In this document: in pieces, positions 48,385 to 60,300 of the stretch
How the letters are laid out: every line of letters begins with the position of its first letter
Position numbering within the stretch: position 1 is the first letter of the stretch
Origin: Ascidiella aspersa
Taxonomy: Eukaryota
Assembly: GCA_963924565.1 (NCBI GenBank)
Contig: OZ004612.1
Location: forward strand, 10,602,001-10,666,000
Length of the DNA stretch: 64,000 bases
Reading direction: 5' to 3'
Made by a program: the position numbers and the translations under genes
Notes under the pieces: model-generated
What the model was told of the DNA's origin: nothing
Seen by the model: the letters and a program-made list of their open reading frames with translations, nothing else
Databases searched by the model: none

Positions 48385-51300
48385 ATGGCGACTAGAAGGT
48401 TACCCCACAGGCGACAGGACAATATTGCGTGGGGCCTTGCGGTCATCCTGGCTATAGTTTTCGGAACAGTTTTGCTGACAAAATACAATGCTCCGATCAG
48501 ATTCGACAATAGCCTGCAAAGGTTTCGGCGAGAAGCGTCGGGTAACGTTTCTTCAGAGGCTGCCAACAAGACAAGAGATAAGCCTATCTATCCGCCGGAC
48601 ATTTTCGACTTAAATATGAGGCGACAAGGTAAAGCTTAGAGTCTATAACCATATAGTAACATTGACGTGGATAACTTAAAACATTGCTGCAAAAGTACCA
48701 TACATACTTGCCATGAAAAGGGTTTAATTGTTTAACGATATTGATCAGGGATTCTAATTGACATCCAGCTAAAATTGCGACAGTTTGGTAAAAAAATTGT
48801 CTATAGATGTGTGACTCCACAAAACCGATATTTTAAAGAATATTTAGTTTCAATATGCAATAAACAAAACAGTTAAATATTATATACGACATGGCCACTG
48901 CAACCAAGTCAATAACATACTTTAACAATAAGGAATTCATATTAATATCGCAAGAGCGCCGTTTTTGGTTTTACGCTAATTCCCAATTTTTAAAACCTTT
49001 GTTACGACGCACTGTTTTTTTTTTCATTCACAGGTGCTGTTGTCCTACATACAATCGGTATGCTGTACATGTTTGTGGCATTGGCAATCACGTGCGACGA
49101 GTTCTTTGTGCCGGCCTTGGAGGTAAGGTCAACCTTTTTGTCAAAGATTGCATCTAAAATGTATGAGGAGCCGCTTAGGCCGCTTATAGGGCTTTGGACG
49201 CTTTGGCTAAGCTTCTAAGATTGTGACATAAGACGCTTTGGGAGTATATATTTTTAGATTTGAGGTTTTGCTTAGTTAGTCGTTAATTTTTGGGCGTTAT
49301 TGGGTGCGAGTCAATTTTTGGAGGTCTTTCTAACGTTAATACCTTATGATGAGTATAAAAAAATATTTAATTATAATATATAAAATTTCCAAGCCAACTG
49401 CATCGACCCAAGAAATTTCGTAGAGCATTGTCCCTCAACCAGGTTTTGCCGGTTCATTGGAAAAAAAGCGTGAAGAGTTGAAACAAAAGGCTTAAACCAA
49501 TTCGTTTACGAAATCACATAACATATTTTTTGAGACTTTGATGATTCCTATCTTGTTTCTTAATTAAATCCAAGCGAAATGCCAAAAGCCGACCTGATTG
49601 CGAATACATTCGCAGGTAACTAAGTTATATTATGTTGATATATGGAACCCCAAAATCTGTGTCATAAATAAACGGTACAGTGTAGACGTATCTTGCACTC
49701 ACTGGCGAGAGTTCTGGAGTATTTTACTTCACTTGGCAGCAGGCTTTTACAATAACTCACATATAACAGCTTCGTTAATGTACCAAACTACCGACATCCG
49801 GCTAAAAACTGTCACCAACTTGACTCATTTAACTCAGATTTACATTCGTTGATAAGATGCACGTAACGCGGAAAAGGGTAAATCCAATTTAATTTTGTCA
49901 CAGTCTGCGTTTGCTTGCAGGTCATTATTCGTCGACTAGACATTTCTGATGACGTGGCAGGGGCCACTTTCATGGCGGCGGGGGGAAGCGCCCCAGAGCT
50001 GGCTACATCCATAATTGGATTATTTCTCGCCAAGAGCAACGTGGGAATAGGTAAGGCTAACGTTCCTGGTATCCTAAACTCATCACAGCTTTCAGTCGTA
50101 GAATTTCAGTGAAGTAACTCACTTTGGTTTCTACATGTTCAGGACAGACGCTTTGTGACGGAAAACACCCATGCAGCAAGCATTCTTATATCTTTTTTTG
50201 TCAGCATTTTGTGTGATGACGAGTTAAAACTATTTATTCGGATCTGATTTTTTGAGACACGTGCCTAACCAAGTATAGTGCGGCCGGCGGCCACAAAAAC
50301 ACACTACACTAACTTTAAATCCAATTCAGTGTTATGCGGCGTACAAATGACACAAATCTGTTTACAAAGACAGCCAGTACAAAGTCATTTTATACTTGTT
50401 CAATAAACGCATGCTTCGCTTTATGAGAGACGGAAACGGTCTCGCGATTCCTCAACGCCTAATTCTCATCTGTTTCTTTGCACGCCTTATTACTTTGGAT
50501 TACTATGTTTATAATAAACTGGTTCAGTTTAGAACCATTTGTTTCGTTAATCGTACAATTATTTATGTGATGAAATGCTTAAAATTAATTGTTTTTAGGG
50601 TGATGAGCCTACGAATTGGCTGTGTAAACTTGCTACAAAGAAACGATAAAATATTGAAGTTTTACGTAGTTAGTGATTTTCAAATACCGTATTGAAAATT
50701 CGTTTATTCTTCGCTAAAGTCTTGCTCGAGAACATACACAGTTAAATATAAATTATAATACCTCTAATTAACAAGCGTATACATATACCCGAACATCAGA
50801 AAATGCCATAAAACCCAATTATTTGACTGTAATGAGCGGATTAAACAAGTTTGTAGGTAAAATTGTGACAGTTTGGTAAAACGTTTGTCTATAGATTTGT
50901 GACTAAAAAACGATATTTTAAAGAGTATTTAGTGTTAATATGCAATAAACAAAACAGTTAAATATTATATACGACATTACAAGTGCAACCAAGTCAATAA
51001 CATACTTTAACAATAAGAAATTCATTTGAATATAGGAAAAACACTGTTTCTGGTTCAACACCAATTCCTAATTTTTCTATTATATATATTTAAAGTTTGA
51101 CACCTATTCGTGCAAGGGATTTTGCCGGTGGTTATAATTGACAGGTTTGCACCTTCTTATTTTGCAGGAACCATCGTGGGTTCGGCGGTGTTTAACATCC
51201 TTTTTGTGATCGGGATGTGTAGCCTCTTCAGTCGCGAAGTGCTCCAGCTTACTTGGTGGCCACTCTTCCGTGACTGCCTCTTCTACGTCATCAGTCTGGC

Positions 51301-54300
51301 CGGCCTGATCGGGGCCTTCAGCGATTCCAATATACAGGTGCGATTTTTGATACGTTTATTAGAAAAAAAAATGGAAGGTTAAATTATTCATAGAGCAGTA
51401 CTTGGCTACTCTTGAGTAGTTTCATCAACGGTGTTATTTCGTTTCAGGGATTTTTAACGCCTTTTTAGGATCTTCTTAAATTTTGGTAGTTTTACACCGA
51501 TTGACCAACAAAATCCCGTTAATTGTCGAACTTTTTGAATTACAGATTCTGGTATAGTTTTTGAATTACAGATCCTGGTACAGTTTGCAATTGATTTTAA
51601 AATCATTTCGTACTTTAGGGAGTTATCTTAAATTGTTTTGAAAATCAGCGTTGTCTAAGATTTTTGTACTTAATTAAGTATTTTTGTGACCCAATGATAC
51701 TCAGTCCAGTTCAGTGGCACTGTACAATTGCTCGAGCATTCACTTAAATTTAACATATTCCATTGGTTTGCAAAGTGACAAAGGTTCAAGAAACTTCTGT
51801 TTTAATGCAATATTTCTTAAACTGGTTGCTTATGAGCATAATAAGGCATACTTGGTATTGAAACTAATGGTAAATCTATGCTATCCTTGGGGATTCATTA
51901 CAGGCCAAAAAGGACCTTCGTTGTCTTGTTATATTCGTAATCATTGTTGGAAGAAAATTACAACACGCATGCTAATATCGGCTCGCTTTGCAGTTCCTTG
52001 TCACGGTGATTGATGAACCGGACGTCTCGCGAACAGTACGCCATGTGGTCGGGATTAAAACATTGTCCCGTGCTGCCCGACTATATAATAGGAGGCTTTT
52101 TTCTACACACTTTTCTTTTCTACGCACCTTGAACCCAAACGCCCGTAAAACCGCATGCGACATGACCGTAGACTGTAGAGCATAGACCTTTAAAGCCGCT
52201 GCTAATCACCCTTGCTACAATGTACTACTTGCGCACATCGTCTTCGAGAGATGCGTCATGAGAGATTTCTCTGGTTTTGATCTGGTGTGGATTACGTCTG
52301 AGTATAGGCGTGGTTTCACAGGATTTAACGCACAGATGACTTTCGCTGATTGTGGCTGACATCGTTTAAAAGTGTTGCAATCACGTGATTTTATTACGAC
52401 TTTGGTACCAGTTTAAAGTATTTCAAGTATAAGTCCAGTCGTTTGCAAAAATAACAATTAGCAAGTCAGGTCACAGTGCAAATGTATTTTAAACATAAAA
52501 TCATTTAACACATTTCATTCTGAGCAATATTTCTTGCAGTAAACACAAAACAAAACGAAACAAATGTTGAATGAAATTGTACTGTAGATCCCATTCAATG
52601 TTAAGTTGCTTGTACTAACAGAATGTAGCAAGCATTGGCGTATGGTTTTTTCTCTACTAGCTTCTCTCTGAACCTGTGTAGCTGAGTTGGCAGAGCGACG
52701 GTCCCGGCTTGACCGGAGTTCGTGAGTTCGAACCTCACTGCAGGCTAGTTGTATTACGGCTAGATCACAGTTGTCGTGAACACATGTGTGTGTATATTTC
52801 ATTAAATGAACAACTAAATGAGTCATTACAACACTGAAATGACAATTATTTACAACACTGAAATGACAAATACTTTGCAGCGCTATTTTAACAAAGGAAT
52901 GTTGTTATAATTTAAAAAATAATATTGCTTTCGAAACGTCGAGTTACCTAAATTGACGATTCTTCGTTTTATGGAAAGACTTTTCATATAGGTTGCCCAA
53001 TTAATTTTTCGCCATGCTATCAAAGTAATTGCTTGTAATTTTAAAACCGACTTTCTAATAAAGAATGCATTGTTTTATCGATTGTTGATTCCAATAAACT
53101 TTGTATTGAATCGAAAGCGAACGCCTTGGGCATGGCTAACCTTTGTATAGTGAAAACAAAAGAGTAAAAAATCGACTCGTATAGCCCGTTTCGCTTTTCA
53201 ATCACAGCTCTGGTGTAGAAACTCGCGAGCTAGTAATTGCGTTCGATACTTTCCGGTCAGTATTCTTGCCGGTTCGGGTACTGGATTGATGGTATGGATC
53301 CAATCAGTGCCGCTGACTCTCTTGTCTCGATTGATGACCATTTGAGAAACTGGTCGCCGAATATCCAATTAGGACGACAATTTAGTTTGTCGGCTTGCTA
53401 ATTGCTTGGGTCCTTTTGTCGAGCTATCACCGAGAAAGGCATCAATACTGCTGGGCCTTGCTGTCTTTAGCAGGGCCGTGACAGAAATATATTTGCTCGC
53501 TTACTTAAAGCGGTGTCAACGTGCGGTGAAACACACCTCTGCAATATGCTTTTAATTTAGGCAGGGTTTATCACTGCATGGAACTCATTAGAGCACGTCG
53601 TTAGTACAGTTACATGGTATTCCGTGCGTTAAAATTCTCGCGTGCCCTCCCCCTTCAATATCATGACCAATACTGCCTTTGTTTTGTTATTTTTTCACTT
53701 GACTGACGTTTCATTTTTTTATGGCGGGCTCCTAAAACTCTGCTACTTACGGCCTAATTATCTGAAAAGGGATTTGAAATTATGTCGTATTGTCACAAAA
53801 AATGCATTCAGAGACTAAAGAAAATTATAGCTTTTCAAAGACCAAAAATTGGATCGCTCGACTTTTTTTATATAATCTGAAAACAGTAAAGGCAAGTTTG
53901 TGGCAAAGCTGCTGACGAAGTACTTAGGACACCAAGTAAGCAGAATCGGATATCAGATGTTGGCGTGAACAAGAATTACGTAACTTGCAAGTCCGATTCC
54001 TTTGAAATTAAGTATTTCATTGCTTTTTTGACCTTTCACGTTGGTGACAGGTATTGTATTACAAATTTATTTGTTTAAACAATTTTTTGCAATGTCCGAA
54101 AATATCGGACCGTAGCCGACATCCGATACCCGGTACTAGAAAAGGGGGTTGAGTCGCTACCGATCCAAAACTAACTTTATTTTCCGTTTAGCCATGGTTT
54201 GTCATCTCACCCGGCTATATGCAAGACCAGGTTGGTCCTGAATTGCCATGCCTGGGTCCACAGTATTTTTTCAAACTTGGTTTTAGTGGTTACCTGTCTA

Positions 54301-57300
54301 ACATGTTGCATGTTGACGAAAACTTTTTGTCCTTAAAGATGCCGGTCCGGTGTGTATTCTGTTCGCCATTTGTCCGAACTGAACGATGACGCGAAATCAT
54401 TGGACTATTTTCATATGATAATGTTCACCGCAGCCTTCATGACTGCGACGTCATGTGATACCGTAGAAATAATGTCGCCAACCTAAATTTAAAAACTAGT
54501 AATTAGGTAAAGCCGGATACGAGGACCTCCCTCAGATAACTTCCAAAAACCCTTGCGTTAAAATAGCAGTAACTTCGTATTGTCTTATGCCACTCATTTT
54601 CTCGGAAAAGTTCCTTAGTAATTAAAGAAGGCAGGCGTTATTTCACGCAGTGTTAAACGTCCCAAATGAAAATTATTTTTACACTGTTGGAGAGTACCGG
54701 AAGTACATTATAGACCTTTTGTCGTGCCGATAACTTTTGAAATATTAAATAGTTTATATTTAAGTCTTGGTCGGCCTTTGTCGATATTTTTTCGTTAGGT
54801 GGTGTCTTGTGTTTTTAACCCTGATACTAAAAACCGTAGAATATAGTTATCTTCAAACAAAGTCGATTATGCCTAAAAATTAACAACATATGTGATGAGC
54901 GATTTTACATTTCTGGTTCTTCATCGTTGGTGCAAAATGTGTTCGATCGCTACGGTCTTAAATTACTGAAAAACTTCAGTAAGGAGCAGCCAGAAATGGC
55001 GGTCCGCTTTGGGCCAACGTTTACATACACCTAGCGCCGTTTTCTCTTTATTTTAATATTTATTTCTTCAAAAAATAATACACGAGCAAGTTCGTGCTCC
55101 AGGCGCCGCGGTTGACTCGAGGCCATTATCGAGCGCGGCCTCGTCTATCAATAATGTACGGCCTCCGCGCCTGTCCTTCGTCTTCCGCTGTACAAGTGCT
55201 CTGATTAGAAATAGATCGGGCCCTCGTTGCAATCAGCGACTGCTAATGTCGTTTCACAATCTGCCGACGCAAGTTAAGCACCGCCGAGTTTACCCGTCGC
55301 GTAATTGTACGCCGAATCCAGTTTTTCCGAGCTGTAAAATCCAGTTTTTCCCGAGCTTCCTGGGAACTCAGAACCGTGATTTTCGTAGCAGTGTGTTTGT
55401 ATTTTTGCGTTTGATGTTCCGAATAAATACATCTATCTAACAAAATCTATCTGTATTCCTTGTGCCTAAGTATGTGGCCCACTTTTTTATCATGATTTTT
55501 TGGATTTCTAAACTTTCTTTCTCGCAACGTATATATAGAAGACTACGAAATAATTGTGTGTTCTTAATTTGCAACGTTTATTTACCTTTAGATTGGCTGC
55601 GTCAGATCTGTCGTCGTAACAGCAGCGCAGGCGCACTTATAGTTTAATATATATTTAATTGTTAAGTTTTTTGTTATTTAAACAGTTAAATGCCATTGAT
55701 ACCACATAACAATTAACCGTTGTTAATAACAGGTCAACAAAACACCACCTATATGGGCCACAAGCGCTGATTCAACGGGTGTAATAGAAATGAAACAGCA
55801 AAATTACGAGAATGGTATTATCCCTTAATCCGTTTTTTCAATAGGTATTGTCAGTTTGAGAACAATTGCGGTGTGTATTTCGTTTTTTGTAATTTCAAAA
55901 CTTGCAACTGCTTGGGAGAAGAATGCGATTGAAACAAGCATTAGCGTGGTAACGATACCGTTTTTTACGTGAAGTAGCCTAACCGAAGAAACGCGAGGTG
56001 TAATCACGTGCCAGTAAAAAAAATATAAAAAAATTGTCCTATCAGAAACAAGGAGCATTACGTCATGATAAAAATACCGCCAACGCTTTGAAAGTCACGT
56101 CGCTTGCTAATTGAAGCTCGCACACTCTCGCTGTACCGCAGACTTCCCCAATTCGATTGCGCTAACCAGGACAGCCTTGACCGTTTTGTTCCTATTAAAA
56201 CAATCAAAGAGATAAGAGGGCAAGGCCCCGCGACAGATCGCCGGTTCACTTTGACTTTTTGTCGGGTGTAATTGTTTCGAGTATCGACCCGCGTTTTGAT
56301 TTGGCCAAGATTGCCGCCAAATTGACCTCATCGTCCCTCGGGCCCAAAGGCAGATTTTAATTTTTTAAATACCGCCGATTTGGGCGTACAGCAAGGTTGT
56401 TGGTTGCCCTATAGCAGGGGTCGGAAACCTTTTTAGCTTAGGGAGCCATATAAGCCAAATATTCTTGGTTATATTTCCATGAGAGCCATACAATGTTTTT
56501 TTTACATCTAGTTATAGGTTGGAAAAATAAGAATTTGAACAGGGCCCTTTATTTTGTTTTTACTTAAAGACATCACATACTAAGCACGAAAAAAACAATT
56601 AGGTAAGCTTGCTAAACTTTCATTACGTTGTCCCGTCGGAAGAGCATGGAGTGCATTTGGAAATAAAGAGATTCCTTCAAAATGGAAAAGTCCCGAAAAT
56701 ACAAGTAGAATTCGCGTGAATTGCCGAAAAATTCACAACTATATGTGATTAAAAAAAAAAAAAAGGAAAAATAAAGTTAGGAAGGAGACCGTGATCGCGT
56801 GGAGTTTTATTTTAATCGTGCTAACAAATGATAGATGGCAATTTCAACATCATATTTGTTTTTATAAAATTCACTGCTTTATGGCGGGTTTATTGCACTG
56901 CCTGGTTTACAAAATTGTGATTACACATTTAACACTTTCCTAATTTTCCTCTTAGGGGAGAAAAAAATTGGATTTGTGCTTTATTTAGATAATGACAACC
57001 GACATTAAAGTACAGCCTCGCGATCCGATACCGACTTGGTTTCATTCGACAATTTCGGTAAAATTGAAACAAGCCAAAAATAGCGTGTGGCAACACCCAT
57101 GTCTTAATATTAATTAACATTGTTTGACTTGGTGATAACTTATCATTTCCAGACGAAATCTATCCCACCAGGCAGTGATGTAAAGAGGGAACTGTTTTCA
57201 AATGACTTGACTTGACTTAAGATTTTTGGACAATTGACCTGGTTAGAAATGAAGTGTTTTCATTATGCTATTGTTTTGTATAAAATTGAGCTATTTATGC

Positions 57301-60300
57301 CATTTTTACATAAAACAATTAGCTTGCTATTTATTGCGTTGTTCTTCTTTTCTCAGTAAAGTTGTTTCTCATAAAAGCACGACTTTACCAAATCTATTAG
57401 TGTAACGTTTTAATTTCATAGCAAGGATGTTACTTGAAGTTGACTTGCTTTAATTACGACTTTGACTGGAAATTTTTATTTATTTAGAAATACTTGACTT
57501 GGATTCAAGTTATCTCATAAATGTCTTGACTTGGACTTACGTCATTTTGAATGACTTGTTTACAACACTGCCACCAGTACTGCGCCGGTATCTTCTAATG
57601 GCTGAAATGCCCTTTAGAGCCAGGTTTCAAATAAACTTTTATCGAAAAATGCACCAAACAAGCGGGACTGTTATAGTAAACAAGCGGCCGTGTAGCCATG
57701 GAAAAAGCGGAAGGAGTTAAGAAAAACCGGCACCCACTGTCGAACGACTATGTTTCACTCAGCGGCCTTAATTACGACAGCGAAAGGCTCTTTCGTTGCC
57801 TCTGCGCCTTTGACGAGGGAGCTATAAAGCAAGGGAAGAGCGAACACTTCAGCTTTGCCAAATGGGATAGGAGCCGTTCCGAAAACTCACGTGCTCCACG
57901 TGCCTTTGGGTCGCTGGGCAGCGCGACCGATTACTTACCGTAATTGCGGGCCTTCGCCGCTTGGCGAAAAAGAGTGGCGCTTGAACCTGGCCGACCGCAA
58001 CTCCATCCTAGAAGCACTTTCTAGGTGGCAGTTGCGCGCCTCAAGTAGGGCTGTCCGTTAAGGTCCTTTAGGGCAATAAAAATGGTCTTTCGATCCGATA
58101 CCGTGTGACTTTATTGTTATAAGTGATTGAAACGATAAGTGGACTGGCGATGCTTTTCTGGTTATCAAGCCCAAATTTGCTTTTTAGTTTCAATGTCTAC
58201 CTATCTTATCATTTTAATGTTTTTTAAAACCTTACCTTGTAAATTAAAAACCTTATACGTTGCCACGCAAAACATGGCCGAGACGCATGGATTATTATCG
58301 CATCGGCACCAATACCACTTGACAAACGGACTAATGTACTGATTATCTTGTTTGGTATAAGTATCTTCGATCTGCCGCGACGTCGGCCTATACTTGGCCA
58401 GTGCGCCCGATGCGTCCGCGGCAGCCACACTTCGCGCGCACGTTTAAAAATTAATTGACGCCCTAATGAAAAATTCAGGGCGCCTTCAGTAGCAGGCCCA
58501 GGGCCTTGTCAGGCGATGACCGGCCGCTTTGCTACTATAATGGGTCGTCCACACAGGAGAGGCCTAGGCCGCAGTCCGAGCCTCCCCTGAAACGCCTGCC
58601 AAGTTTGTCGCCACGAGTATAAAAAAATCTTTTCTGTGACTTATTTCTAGCTGAGCCCCGAAATTCGCTTTCCATATTTTTGAAAGTCCTTGCTTAGGCC
58701 TGTTTTGCCTGGCCCGGCAATATGAAATGAAATTTGTGTATCTGGCCAAAGCGAAACCCACAATGAGCCACGTGTGTCTACACCTATCCTTTATTCCCCC
58801 TTGTCACAACAGGTCTGCTCAATCTTAACTGTTGATGTGAGCAATTTTGTATATAGGGCCTATATAAAAGAAGTAAATATTTAACCTTGGGAATACGGTC
58901 TTCCGTGAAATAAAGAAACGTACTAAAATACATTTTGCCTCAAATTAAGTGTACGCCATGTCAAAATGTATCGTTATTTAAAAACCCCTCTCTCTGACTC
59001 TAATTGATTAAAGTTCGATCGATTTAGGTTAACCTTTCCGAAGGCTTCCGTTATACAATTGATCCATATTCCTTTAATTGTGCATTTTGAATGATTTGCC
59101 GTTGGTCGAAAGGATTTTAGAAGACATTTTATACTGTTCAAATCCGCAAAAGACTCTAAACAAAAAAATTAACTGTATTTGTTTTTTGCTGACTGCGGAC
59201 TTTAATCTTCCCAAAAACTCAAACACTGTCAGACTATATCATTTGTCCTGAATTCGTTTTTAAAATCTAAAATTCTTTACTTGATTCTTTTAAAAAATAC
59301 GTGTGCGGCATTTTTATCCACTCTCGTTCCATATTCGTGTCACCACTGGGTGTTGACACTAAAACCGCATTTTTAAAGTTCAATTTTTACGCTTTTTTAT
59401 TTTTATACCCTGCTGAAACTTAACGAGCTCTACAAATCAAAGTATAAATACGTCTGACTATTAAACTACGTAAGGTTTCAAAGCTAATTCGGTTCAGATG
59501 GATTAATTATTGTGTTTTGTAATTTTGACTTTTATCCTTCCAGTATTACGAGAGTCTCATCCTGCTGGCGATTTATCTCTTCTACGTCACTTTTATGAAG
59601 TTTAACTCACAGATCGAGGGCTGGGTAAAGTCAAAGCTTCCCTTCGTATCGTCGACGCCCGACAAAAAGCAGGTAGAACTTAATTGGAAGTTAGGATAAT
59701 CTACTCATTTCGGTTAGCTCTTCCGAGACTATACCAGTGTACTATGATATGTGTTATAGTTGGTTGGTGCGTCTTCGGAGGGCCAGATTGCAGTTCTTTC
59801 ACTGATATGGTACTGTACAGTAGATCCCCTTCTATATAGAGTTTGTACTTTTTGTAAATAATAAATAGATTGCGGCACCCCTACAAGATTTTACCGTAGG
59901 TAAATCACTAGAATGTCACAATAAACGGAACAAAACACATCAACTCTACGCAGCATAGGAAGTTAACCAAAGAGTTGTTGAAGTTAAGCAAAAATCAGAC
60001 TCTTGAACATTGCCAAATATGTCGCGGCACTCTTGTACAATACAAATGGCACGCTAGGGTGCCGCGGCACCACGGTTGAGAACCACACTGGTTTAGCACA
60101 TTAGAAGACTATACTGGTGTACCATGATATGTGTTATAGCTGTCTTCTGGAGGGCCAGATTGCAGTTCTTTTACTGATTTGATATGGTACTGTACAGTAG
60201 ATCTCCTTCTATATGAAGTTTGTACATACGAACAGGATGTAGTAGGCAGTGGTCCTACTATGGTTGTTGCTCAGTTAGTAGAGCGACAGTCCCGGCTTGG

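Noticed and set aside
52672-52746. Possible tRNA-Ala(GGC) gene
   Set aside because: C at position 33, pyrimidine at 37, imperfect acceptor and D stems, and a diverged second copy with a shared tail indicate a SINE head.
56415-56480. Solo hAT termini (caggggtcggaaacc at 56415; also about 10265, 22645, 63954)
   Set aside because: No partner TIR or TSD found within the window, so boundaries cannot be supported.
57698-58430. Short ORFs in the GC-rich intron patch as a nested gene
   Set aside because: All are 81 aa or shorter, with no recognisable motifs or consistent exon chain.
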